From NCBI GenBank assembly GCA_965277805.1, contig OZ255842.1:5088001-5152000 (forward strand): a stretch of DNA of 64,000 nucleotides, in the 5' to 3' direction. The translations under genes were made by a program, and so were the position numbers. The notes below the pieces were generated by a model. The model saw nothing but the letters and a program-made list of their open reading frames with translations, ran no database searches and was not told the origin of the DNA. The stretch is from Candidatus Lustribacter sp. GTDB lineage: Bacteria; Vulcanimicrobiota; Vulcanimicrobiia; Vulcanimicrobiales; Vulcanimicrobiaceae. Positions 1-8,652 of the stretch are shown here, one piece after another; within the stretch, counting starts at the first letter, position 1; each line of letters begins with the position of its first letter.

Positions 1-378
1 CTCTCTACCCGGGATGGCCAGCATACCGAAGCGCGCGTGAATGAAATTCTCGATGCGCACAATGCTACTGCATTTTTCGGTGGGCTCTCTGCAGCGGCGG
101 TATACACAAACTTCGGCTCGTTCCGTCGCGTTCGTGTTTATCTCGAGGCAGATCTAAGTCGAGATATCCGTGACGATCTCAACGTGTCTGACGATCCTCG
201 CGGTCGAAACATCGTCCTCGTCGTCGACGACGGAGGCGCAAAGATCGGTTCAGAGACACGATCGGGCCGCCGGTACACCAGTCCCATCCTTTCCTACCTT
301 GATCTTCAGGATGAAGCTGAACGAGCTGAGGAGGCGCGTGAGGAACTCCGCCGCGTAATCGAGGCACAATGGAAGTAA
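1..378 (+). CDS. Type IV TA AbiEi-family antitoxin, C-terminal part (5' truncated by window)
   Basis: Frame open from base 1; C-terminal 'SPILSYLDL...RAEEAREEL' and 'GLSAA' patterns typical of AbiEi-type antitoxins; overlaps downstream nucleotidyltransferase. Confidence 0.65.
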   Translation, partial: LSTRDGQHTEARVNEILDAHNATAFFGGLSAAAVYTNFGSFRRVRVYLEADLSRDIRDDLNVSDDPRGRNIVLVVDDGGAKIGSETRSGRRYTSPILSYLDLQDEAERAEEAREELRRVIEAQWK

Positions 379-1229
379 CTGGAACATCTGCCGCAGAGTA
401 CACGCCCGAGCGACTAAACCTCATAAAGGCAACATGCTTAAGCGTGGCGCTCGCGTTAGGAGATGAGATTTGCCGGGATGAGATTGTCATCGTCGGCGGT
501 CTCGTACCTGTGTTGCTTTACGGAGAAGGAGCCGATCTTGTCCTCGGTGCTCACGTCGGCACCAACGACTTAGACCTGGCACTCGACCTGGTCATTCTCG
601 ATAGTGAACGCTACGAGCAAATCCGCGACCTACTTACTCGCGCCGGGTTCAAGCCCGACGAGAGCGAGGACGGCGCCTTAATCCGTCAACGTTGGCGACA
701 TGCTGACGCAAAGAGTACCGTTGACTTCCTTATGCCGCTCAGTCAAGGCGCTGACCCCAGCGGCCGCGGAAAGCTACACAGCCTGACCGGCGATTTCGCA
801 GCGATTAAGATGCTCGGGCTCGACCTCGCCTTGCAAAACAAAGTCATGATCGAACTTGGGGGTCGAGATCTCCAAAATCGGCAAGTGAAACGCAACGTAC
901 CGGTTTGCCCAGCTCATGTATTTGTGATCTTGAAAGCGATCGCGATGAAGAATCGTGACAAACAGAAAGATGCCTACGACCTTTACTACGTCCTTCGACA
1001 CGCCGACAGCGGAGCCGCCGGCTTGGGTCAGCAGCTCGAGGCTTTTAGAGAGCACGCTGCATTCGCGGAGATGATCGCTAGCCTCCGGCGTGACTTCGTA
1101 ACAATCGACAGTCGTGGTCCCATGGATGTCTGCGCATTTCTTGGCGAAACAGGAAACAACGATTTGGCAGCGGACGTGCTTGCCAATGTCCAAGACCTGT
1201 TGCGGGTACTGCAACCGGTCGATCGCTAG
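369..1229 (+). CDS. AbiEii/AbiGii-like nucleotidyltransferase toxin (type IV TA)
   Basis: IVGG, GTxDxD and K..R.K.KDxYD motifs of DNA-pol-beta-like NTase toxins. Confidence 0.75.
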   Translation: MEVTGTSAAEYTPERLNLIKATCLSVALALGDEICRDEIVIVGGLVPVLLYGEGADLVLGAHVGTNDLDLALDLVILDSERYEQIRDLLTRAGFKPDESEDGALIRQRWRHADAKSTVDFLMPLSQGADPSGRGKLHSLTGDFAAIKMLGLDLALQNKVMIELGGRDLQNRQVKRNVPVCPAHVFVILKAIAMKNRDKQKDAYDLYYVLRHADSGAAGLGQQLEAFREHAAFAEMIASLRRDFVTIDSRGPMDVCAFLGETGNNDLAADVLANVQDLLRVLQPVDR

Positions 1230-1260
1230 GCGCCGGAACGACCCTAAGCACGGATTTTCG

Positions 1261-2145
1261 CTACTTCCCGGAAACAGAATCTGCAAATTCGAGAAGGAGC
1301 GGGCCGAGATCAGGAAAGATACCGACCATCTCACGTGAAGCGCGCAAGACAAACTGGGACACATAGTCGACGGTCAAAGCAATGTAACCCTTTTCTATTT
1401 CGTTCTCGATACCTCGCCCGCGATTCTGCGCTGCCATTCGGTACCAGGCTAATGGCGTGCTATGGACCTGAGCCGAAAGAAAGCGATACATCCCGCGAAA
1501 AGCGGCCGATGCGTCTCCCATCCGAATCACGATCTTGTCTTGCGAGAGTAGCATAGCAGACTCACCCTTTAAGAGATTCTTCTGCTGTTTCTCTGGTAGC
1601 GAAGAGAAAAAGCTATTGCTCAGCAACCGCGCTTGAAGATCACTGGTGTGCTTGTCAAAGCCGGCAGAATCCATCTCAGGCTTCCAAGCGCGGAGCATCT
1701 GCAAACGCGAGACATTATCGCGCAAGTGCATGAGCGCCATCCGGGCCTTCCACTCCTTGTTGTCCACGCGTTCAACGCACAAGTAAAAGAAGACAAAGTA
1801 GCACTCGATGATGTTTCGCGCTAGCGACGCAATTGAGCTGAAATCCCAGTTCTCAAGCCCGCCGAAGAAAGCACTCCTCGGTGTAAGCTTCAGAACGCTT
1901 ACAGAGATTACGACAAGCCGAGTGAACAATAGCGTAGCCCACCAGGCTTTGCCGGTCGCATGTCGCCCACCCGAGTTCGCGGAAATGCTCTGCGCGATTA
2001 AAACAACACGCTCGAATTTCTTCATTACGTCATCGTAGACGAGCGCGCTTTCTGGCGCGTCCGCAGTCGATCCGAATTCGCCAACGGTTCCACCGTCAGC
2101 CGGTTCAAGTATCGTGTCTTCGCTGTCTCGCGGATTCTCGCTCAT
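1261..2145 (-). CDS. DUF5677-like (HEPN-related helical) protein
   Basis: RxxxE (ARNIIECY) and Y..LS..VH (YRFLSAQVH) motifs; ATGA-coupled to upstream gene. Confidence 0.6.
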   Translation of the reverse strand: MSENPRDSEDTILEPADGGTVGEFGSTADAPESALVYDDVMKKFERVVLIAQSISANSGGRHATGKAWWATLLFTRLVVISVSVLKLTPRSAFFGGLENWDFSSIASLARNIIECYFVFFYLCVERVDNKEWKARMALMHLRDNVSRLQMLRAWKPEMDSAGFDKHTSDLQARLLSNSFFSSLPEKQQKNLLKGESAMLLSQDKIVIRMGDASAAFRGMYRFLSAQVHSTPLAWYRMAAQNRGRGIENEIEKGYIALTVDYVSQFVLRASREMVGIFPDLGPLLLEFADSVSGK

Positions 2146-2885
2146 ATGTCAGGCTCTATTGGTCCGCCGAGCCGCCTCTCTGCGAGCGCTGCGTCAAACC
2201 ATTGATATTCAGCAGGCGTTCCGGCGTCAAGCTCCTGCAACGTTAGATGCAATACCGCGAGGGCATGTCTAAATCGCTGAGGGCTCTTAGAACTGCCACC
2301 GGTATAGCATGCAAAGAGCTCCCGCGGTCTGCCTACGAGACTTGAGCAAAGCTCGCTAACCTCTGCATGCTGCAGTTGGTGCCCCAGTTCGTGGGCGAAG
2401 CTGTTCCTAATCTTCGCCACAATCAGAAGGGAGTTCATCAGCCCAGGCCCGATCGCGTCGAAAGCCCGTGCGAAGCGGACTTTTTCGTTGAAGGTCCTGC
2501 GGGCAACTCTTACGGCATTTGGGTTTTTAAGCTTGCGCTCAACGATGCGGACGAGATAATAATCGAAATATGCGACCCCTCGCAGAATAGCGCCGAGATG
2601 ATCGGTTCGCCAGTTTCTCGGCCAGAGTGCCTCGTGAAAAGCGCGTTCAGACAGAACATCAACTTGTGGCCACTGATCCGAGAGATGGTCTATCATCGCC
2701 ATTGGCCGAGGATCGTAGTTAGTATAGGGGATCGTTTCCTTTAGCAGTGCAATTGCGGCGTCGGCCATTGTGGGATGTGCGCGACCGACCATGCGAACTA
2801 GCGTGCCCGTCTCCTGCTCGCTTAGAGACAGCTTTAGCCATGACTCCACTGCCGCATTAAAATCATCATTCATTGGTCGCCGCAT
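2142..2885 (-). CDS. HEPN-domain protein (MtlR/DUF4145-like), putative RNase
   Basis: R-x4-H motif RNSFAH at 2391-2408 after F.EK..A...AI helix pattern. Confidence 0.7.
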   Translation of the reverse strand: MRRPMNDDFNAAVESWLKLSLSEQETGTLVRMVGRAHPTMADAAIALLKETIPYTNYDPRPMAMIDHLSDQWPQVDVLSERAFHEALWPRNWRTDHLGAILRGVAYFDYYLVRIVERKLKNPNAVRVARRTFNEKVRFARAFDAIGPGLMNSLLIVAKIRNSFAHELGHQLQHAEVSELCSSLVGRPRELFACYTGGSSKSPQRFRHALAVLHLTLQELDAGTPAEYQWFDAALAERRLGGPIEPDI

Positions 2886-2904
2886 CCTTTATCCTTTATC
2901 CTTA
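2884..2904. repeat. Heptamer tandem repeat (ATCCTTT)x3, reading as AAGGA x3 on the minus strand at the RBS/start of 2142-2885
   Basis: atccttt-atccttt-atcctta read directly. Confidence 0.8.
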
Positions 2905-2952
2905 TGGTCGCCGACGCTTATAGCTAACGTTTAGTAACGCAGCGGCTTTTTG

Positions 2953-4383
2953 CTAAGTATCGGCGCCGGCGTCAGGTACAAGATTCAAGTAAGACACTTT
3001 CAGCTGGCTCAGAATATCTTCAAAAAACGAATCTCGCTTCAGATTCGGCGATCGATGAATTCTAAGAAGCTCCAACGTCAGCAGCATCCTACCGGTCCGC
3101 GATCTATCTGCTGTGGATCCCGATTTAAGATGCCCGTGCGGTGCAATGTCAGCCGGCAGAGCTTCCACGAAGTCATCGACAAGCGAATCCTCGTTTTCGG
3201 TCTCCGCCTTCGAAAGACCGACATTCAGCCGCCAGAGCGCCTCTAATCCCGGCATTAAATCGTTAGGCAACGCGCCTAGAGCTTTTAAGAGTTCCGCGAG
3301 TTGGAGAAACTCAAGGTCCTTCCCTGCTTCAGAAATGTCTCTTGGCGACTTCAACTGGCGCGACAGAAGATCTAAAAAAACTCGCGTCGCGTACTCGACG
3401 AGCGCCCCAGCGCCAATGGTGGGTTCCGCGACGAGCTGTAGCGCAAGGAGGGGACCAATGTCGGTGTCATCATCCGAACCTTGCGTAGAGGAAGCTCGTA
3501 CGTTTACCCGGACGTTGTGGCCAGCGGGAATTGCCGGCGCCACGGGAACGTGTTTAGAGGCCTCAACCAAGTCCGATACATCGAACGGAAGCTCTCGAAA
3601 CGGTGGTGCGACGCGCAACCGTCGAACAACTTGGTTGTAGTGGTCTATAAGAGTTATCCAATGCGTTCCACGCAGCTTAAACCTCTCGCCAGTTAAGACC
3701 AGCACGCGTATGAGCGATTCGACAATGACGGCGATATTTTGATCGCGTGTTGTAAGTAAGCTGTTGGTGCTAAGCCATAACTTACCATCGGGATCTCGAC
3801 GCATCACATCCATCATGCCCAATTGGAGTCCGTGCATTGTTGTGCTCGGCAACCAATGATGGCGTGCATATCTCTCATCGGCATGCTCCTTATCAAGAGC
3901 TAGCAACATATCGAACATCGACACTTCGCCATATGCAGCGTGAACATCCGGAATTGATTGTTTCAGGCGTGCGATTTCGTCAGCAAGCGCCTTAGCCGCG
4001 GCTGAATTTGCTTCGTCGTACCCAAGACGACGGAGAAAATCACTTTGCTTAAGGGGTACCGAATGATATTGCTGCAACGCTTTATCTGGAAAGCGAAAGA
4101 GATATTCCGCCTTAGTGGCATACTCGAAGGCCAGGCGCTTCATCGTTATTAATTGTCGGTCAATGCTTTCTCGAAGGATCGCCTGCGCAACAAACGCTAC
4201 GTCGTAAGATAAGACTAATAGATAGAGCAGCCATAACGCGATCGGATGATCGTCGGTCTCTTTATTGCGTTGGCGCAGGGCAAAATCTCGAAGGAACGTC
4301 TTATAGGATCTGCTCGTCCGAGTGAGCAAATGCATGAGATCTTCATTAAGCGGATCTGGCTTAATCGGCTTTGATTTGCTCAC
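2953..4383 (-). CDS. Fusion: N-terminal DUF5677-like domain + C-terminal degenerate HEPN domain
   Basis: KRLAFEY and PSTTMH motifs in N-half; C-half aligns by eye with the 2142-2885 product but RNSFAH is replaced by NVGLSK. Confidence 0.55.
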   Translation of the reverse strand: MSKSKPIKPDPLNEDLMHLLTRTSRSYKTFLRDFALRQRNKETDDHPIALWLLYLLVLSYDVAFVAQAILRESIDRQLITMKRLAFEYATKAEYLFRFPDKALQQYHSVPLKQSDFLRRLGYDEANSAAAKALADEIARLKQSIPDVHAAYGEVSMFDMLLALDKEHADERYARHHWLPSTTMHGLQLGMMDVMRRDPDGKLWLSTNSLLTTRDQNIAVIVESLIRVLVLTGERFKLRGTHWITLIDHYNQVVRRLRVAPPFRELPFDVSDLVEASKHVPVAPAIPAGHNVRVNVRASSTQGSDDDTDIGPLLALQLVAEPTIGAGALVEYATRVFLDLLSRQLKSPRDISEAGKDLEFLQLAELLKALGALPNDLMPGLEALWRLNVGLSKAETENEDSLVDDFVEALPADIAPHGHLKSGSTADRSRTGRMLLTLELLRIHRSPNLKRDSFFEDILSQLKVSYLNLVPDAGADT

Positions 4384-4674
4384 CTCGATTTATCACAAGC
4401 GTGGACGCCGGCGCAGCGATGAGCCCGACCTTCGACTGAGCTATTGACATGGCTTATAATATACACGTCTGGTCCTGCGGCGGTTAATTTCGTTCCAATT
4501 CGGTTCTACGTAGTGCCGGACTCACCAGTTCTGCGCGGACCTTGAGAGCATGGCGACGGGCTAAATGCCGGTTCCAGAGCCTCGATGTCGGCGACTCACG
4601 AAAGGACTCCGGTTGCAACAATTGGCTAAACCGGACGGCAACGGCGCGGAAATCAGGGGGTGTAGTCATAGGCA

Positions 4675-4851
4675 ATGAGACTCTTTGAAAACGATGCTCA
4701 GCTGGCGAGGGCCCTGCGCGTCCTGAGCGAGGAGGGTTTGATCGACGTCGTCGCAGGCGACGACGGCAAGCCGCGCTTCCAGCTCAGCGCCGCCATCACC
4801 CGGGGCGCCGTGAGGCGCCATGCACCCCGTCAGGGCGGATCGAGGCGGTAG
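4675..4851 (+). CDS. Small (58 aa) putative winged-helix-like protein
   Basis: Manually translated MRLFENDAQLARALRVLSEEGLIDVVAGDDGKPRFQL...; host-like codon usage; below ORF-track cutoff. Confidence 0.4.
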   Translation: MRLFENDAQLARALRVLSEEGLIDVVAGDDGKPRFQLSAAITRGAVRRHAPRQGGSRR

Positions 4852-5075
4852 CCGACCCGCGCGACGGTATGGAGCATTGCTGCGTTCTCGCCGAGCTGCA
4901 GACGCAGACGCCGAACGTGCACATCGACGGTCCGATCGGATTCGATGCTCTCCAGCGTAGCGTGATCCCAGGCCAGCTCGAGAAGCTGGGCGCGGCTGAG
5001 TGCGCGTCCTGCGTTGCGAGCAAGGGCGGCTAGTAGTTCAAGCTCACGCGGCTTGAGGTCGAGTGCTCGATCATC
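4830..5075 (-). pseudogene. Orphan OmpR/PhoB-type winged-helix DNA-binding domain fragment (no in-frame start)
   Basis: Manual translation DDRALDLKPRELELLAALARNAGRALSRAQLLELAW...DRTVDVHVRRLRLQLGE...LHTVARVGYRL*. Confidence 0.85.
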
Positions 5076-5389
5076 CGACCAACGATGAGCGCGCTTGCGA
5101 GCGTGAGGACCACGGATAGCGCCGCGGCGCCGTAGCCACGAAACTGCGGAACGACGACGGCGGCAGCCACCGCCGCGAAATAGCCGCTAATCGCGGAGGC
5201 GAAGAGCCACACTATCCCACTTGGTAGACCCGACCCAAACGAATTTACGAAGCCGCCAACGAAATAGGCGACGAAACACACCACCAAGCCAGCAGGAACA
5301 AAAAGCGCCCAGCGGACCACGTTCGAAGCGACGGACTGGAAGCGGTTCGCTGCGATCGCGGGATGGCCGGGCTGCGCCTCGGAAGCCAC
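5030..5389 (-). CDS. Hypothetical membrane protein (3 TM), probably 3'-truncated
   Basis: Hydrophobic segments; C-terminus runs out of frame into the wHTH fragment. Confidence 0.55.
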   Translation of the reverse strand: MASEAQPGHPAIAANRFQSVASNVVRWALFVPAGLVVCFVAYFVGGFVNSFGSGLPSGIVWLFASAISGYFAAVAAAVVVPQFRGYGAAALSVVLTLASALIVGRMIEHSTSSRVSLNY

Positions 5390-5518
5390 AGTCTCCGACT
5401 ACCAAGCCAGGCGCCTGCTTCCCTTTATAAGCAAAGCATGGTCGCCCACAGCCGTCACTCCGCGCTGCGCGTGGGCACGCAGCAAGGCAAGCGTCGCTCT
5501 GTTCATGAAGTGTCGCCT

Positions 5519-5982
5519 ATGAAGTCGCTCTGGGCGTTCGTTCTCGTGATCGGACCTTTTGGCGATTGCAGTTGGAGCAATGGCTGCGGAGGCGGCGCCA
5601 GCCGGCGTGCCCCGAGCTGAAGCGGCATGTGTGCAAGGGTCCGGAGACCCGAGTGCGGCACCAACGAGCGTCTACTCCGATTGTGGCGCTGCGGTGGACT
5701 TTTTTCGTAATATGAAAAACACCGCCGCAAAGGCCGATGAATTTTATCTCGCTGAATATCGGCTTGTTCGAAATCTATCAGGCGCATGCAGCCGACGCAA
5801 TCAGGCTCGGGGGCCGTGCCGATATGCTTCGCGCGGACGCCAAGCGCATTTGGAAGAAGCTCGGCGATCACAGTGCTAGCCCGCGCGTGCGGCAACAGGC
5901 AAAAGTCTCGTCACAGTGTTTTTTCGCCAACAATGCGGCGGCTTGCCAGAAAGCGTTTTCAGCGGGACCGAACGGTTTCTGA
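5519..5982 (+). pseudogene. Secreted Cys-containing helical protein with two +1 frameshifts
   Basis: Signal-peptide start MKSLWAFVLVIG; removing one T from each T4 tract (~5557-5560, ~5742-5745) joins three frames into one 153-aa ORF. Confidence 0.5.
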
Positions 5983-6017
5983 CGCTTGCAAAATCATCAT
6001 TATTTTAAGCACGACAA

Positions 6018-6665
6018 ATGGTAACTTACTACGAGCTGCTTGGTGTAAAACGACAAGCAACGTTTGAACAGATCAGAAAAGCCTATCGCCTAAACGTGGC
6101 TGCGTATCATCCTGACATCAACGATGCACCCAACGCGCAAGGCCTAACTATTTTGCTTAATGCGGCCTGGGAAACACTTTCCGAACCCGACCTGCGCGAG
6201 AAGTATGACGAGCTGCTCATGACCGTCGCACCAGCGATTGAAAAGAGCAACGATGAAGCGGCCAAAGCTCGCCGCACGAGCGAACCGGCGGGGCCTCAAT
6301 CGGGAACATCGGCTCACCACTCGGGGCCTAGTGAACAAAAAACAACAGCTGGGCCGACGGAGCCAGATCGCTCTCCTGGGGAAACCATCGCCGTCACTGT
6401 CCTCGGCGGCACCATACTTCCTTTTGAGATTATCGTTGAGGTAAGATTGCCAGCATCCGAAACGCAAACCTATCCCGATGGTCCGTATCGTATCGCCATG
6501 TACCAAGATGGTCGCTACGTTGTTGTCGATGGCCGCCCGCGCATTATCGCTAACTTTGCTCGCAGCGTGGCGATCTTTTTTCGGGCCTGTAAGATGTCGG
6601 GACTCACCACGTATCAACGCGGTCGTTTGGCAGCCGGTAGACCCGCCGTACTGCCTAACGCATAA
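6018..6665 (+). CDS. J-domain (DnaJ class C) protein with unknown C-terminal domain
   Basis: YYELLGV...IRKAYR...HPD...LNAAWETLS..R.KYD. Confidence 0.85.
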   Translation: MVTYYELLGVKRQATFEQIRKAYRLNVAAYHPDINDAPNAQGLTILLNAAWETLSEPDLREKYDELLMTVAPAIEKSNDEAAKARRTSEPAGPQSGTSAHHSGPSEQKTTAGPTEPDRSPGETIAVTVLGGTILPFEIIVEVRLPASETQTYPDGPYRIAMYQDGRYVVVDGRPRIIANFARSVAIFFRACKMSGLTTYQRGRLAAGRPAVLPNA

Positions 6666-6683
6666 CCGTGTGGGGGCCGAGGA

Positions 6684-7037
6684 TTATGGCAGGGGAACTT
6701 CCCAGACCGTCCCGCATAGATTGCAGATCGTCTGAAAGTCGTCGAGACGGATGGAATTATGAACGTGCCCGTCCGCGGCGCTGGCCGGCCAGCCAGGATC
6801 GCTTTCGCTCTCACGCTCCAAGCTAACGATTGTAATATTTGGGGTCCGCCCCGCTGCAAAGCCGAGTGGCAAACAAATCGTCGCCAAACAACAGGCTTGG
6901 CCACCCCTCATGTGGCCGGGCTCTACGGTCTCGCTAGCCACTGTCCAGCCTCGATTCGCGAGCCAAGTCAATGCATGCGCCTTCCTGGTCTGCCCCGCGC
7001 CGTCGGCAATAAACCTTACTGTAGCGAACTGGCGCAT
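6684..7037 (-). CDS. Small hypothetical protein (hydrophobic Cys-rich stretch, C-terminal CxxC)
   Basis: ORF overlapping the DUF2085 end; GQACCLATICLPLGF, CNLCG. Confidence 0.5.
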   Translation of the reverse strand: MRQFATVRFIADGAGQTRKAHALTWLANRGWTVASETVEPGHMRGGQACCLATICLPLGFAAGRTPNITIVSLERESESDPGWPASAADGHVHNSIRLDDFQTICNLCGTVWEVPLP

Positions 7038-7377
7038 CTATTCCTCAAAAGGAACGATAGTAATCCGGCGGTTGCTGTAATACTGACGAGCAGGCCCGTC
7101 GCGAACCGAAGGCCGTTCGTCGACGTTCGCCAACCGGCGAGTTGCGTAGCGCCATCAATCAGAAACAGCGCGAACGCGAGCAAGAACAACGGGACAGCAA
7201 TCTTCGCCACTACGAGCCCGATTGGTGAGAAGACAATGCCGACGCAGAGCCCAGTACAGCGAGCGCAAACATGGAACTGCCTACGACGAATAAAAACGAT
7301 CGGTCAGAGCGCTGGTGGCAGCGCAGCATGCCAAGGTACGGGCTATCCGCGAAGGCGCGGATCAACGCCGCTTCCAT
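7016..7377 (-). pseudogene. DUF2085-family membrane protein with a 1-nt frameshift
   Basis: CHQRSDRSF | VCARCTG | DGATQL...STNGLRFATG motifs; adding one base to the A5 tract at 7292-7296 restores a 120-aa ORF. Confidence 0.8.
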
Positions 7378-7468
7378 GGCGGCCTGCCACTTCGCAGCCC
7401 ATGTAGGTGCCGAGTGCTGGCCGGAGGTTCGACCGTGTGACCTCAAAAGGCCCACACCGATACCAACT

Positions 7469-7849
7469 TCAGATGATGACGTGAGCGACCGACGAGCCTT
7501 TGGGGTCAGCACCAAAGCGATTAGGCCCGTTCGTCCCTGCGCCGCAATACCAAATCAGCAACACAATCGGACCTACCGCTGGCACGAGGTTGATCAGAAT
7601 CCACCAGCCCGAACGTCCGATATCATGAAGCCGGCGAACGGCTATCGCAAGATTCGGCAAGAGAAGAACGATTGCAAACAGAGACCATACAATCGAACCG
7701 AGCCCAGTGTGGACTAGTTCGAACACAACCGCAATGGCAAAAAGTACGAGTTGAAAGAGCGCGAAATACCAAAACTCGGCTCGTCCTGCCCGCCCCTGAA
7801 ACGTGACGTACTTTCTAAGCGCGGTTTTAACAGCAAGAGAGAAGCTCAT
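7469..7849 (-). CDS. DUF805 (YhaH/YhaI-like) inner membrane protein
   Basis: F.GRAGRAEFW, LAIAVRRLHDIGRSGWW, GPNRFG motifs. Confidence 0.9.
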   Translation of the reverse strand: MSFSLAVKTALRKYVTFQGRAGRAEFWYFALFQLVLFAIAVVFELVHTGLGSIVWSLFAIVLLLPNLAIAVRRLHDIGRSGWWILINLVPAVGPIVLLIWYCGAGTNGPNRFGADPKGSSVAHVII

Positions 7850-8082
7850 GGTTATACCGCCGATCATCGTTAGAAGCTGCACTCATAAGTTGCACGAACT
7901 CAAGCAAGCGCCTCTTTGGGCTACGAGCTCAGCGGACGGTCGTCGTGGTATGCAATTATAGCCTGACGCGCAGTGCGTACTGCTAAAGATCGGCCGGCGA
8001 GCCTTGTCGGCGAATGCAAACGGGGGATTGCGAACAGTAGAGGCGGCTCTACACAACCATTTGGAAATAGGAGCTTTAGGCA

Positions 8083-8652
8083 TTGCCCGTGAGCGGCGCT
8101 TCGAAGACTCAATCGCGTCTCAGTATGGATGCGCTCTTGTTCCTGAGTTCGTATGCCTTGATGTTCATTGCCCTTTCGTTTCGCTTCGATGAACCGCGGC
8201 TGAAGTGGAGTTGCATTGGCCTTGCCGCTGTTGGCATTCTCGGTGCGAGATATATTATTCGCAAGCAGAGCGAACGTACTCCGCAAATCGTAACATTAAC
8301 TCGCATCCAGGATATTGGCCCCGACGTAAGCGGTTACATCGCAACTTACCTGATGCCTATTATCGTAGTAGGCACCCCGACAACTGGAGATCTCATAGCA
8401 TATGGGATCACCCTTTGCGCCATCGGTTTCGTTTACGTCCGAAGTCGGATGGTGCAGTTAAATCCAACCCTGTACTTTTGCGGTTATTCACTCTTTGGCG
8501 TCGAGACTCGTGATGGCTTTAAGGGATACCTACTGACTGGCCAAGAACCGAAGCAAGCGCAACGCTACAAGGTGCTCCGGCGTGGCGATGTTCTCTTCGA
8601 CACGGGGGTGAGGGTTGAGGCAGAAAGTTCGGAAGAGCCCGCAAGCTCGTGA
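8083..8652 (+). CDS. kwaA: Kiwa anti-phage system membrane protein KwaA-like
   Basis: LFLSSY, GYIATYLMP, YVRS....NPTL..GY motifs; multiple TM; directly upstream of DUF4868 gene. Confidence 0.75.
   Translation: MPVSGASKTQSRLSMDALLFLSSYALMFIALSFRFDEPRLKWSCIGLAAVGILGARYIIRKQSERTPQIVTLTRIQDIGPDVSGYIATYLMPIIVVGTPTTGDLIAYGITLCAIGFVYVRSRMVQLNPTLYFCGYSLFGVETRDGFKGYLLTGQEPKQAQRYKVLRRGDVLFDTGVRVEAESSEEPASS

Noticed and set aside
4656-4665. GGGGGTGTAG identical to the tRNA-Ala 5' end, considered as an att site
   Set aside because: Only 10 bp, opposite orientation, and matches the 5' rather than the 3' tRNA end; compatible with chance
4869-5033. 54-aa plus-strand ORF (MEHCCVLAE...)
   Set aside because: Antisense shadow of the clear OmpR-type wHTH fragment on the minus strand
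6652-6670. GCCTAAC after the J-domain gene as an integron attC R'' box
   Set aside because: No matching GTTRRRY or attC hairpin, no intI, and island genes are in mixed orientations
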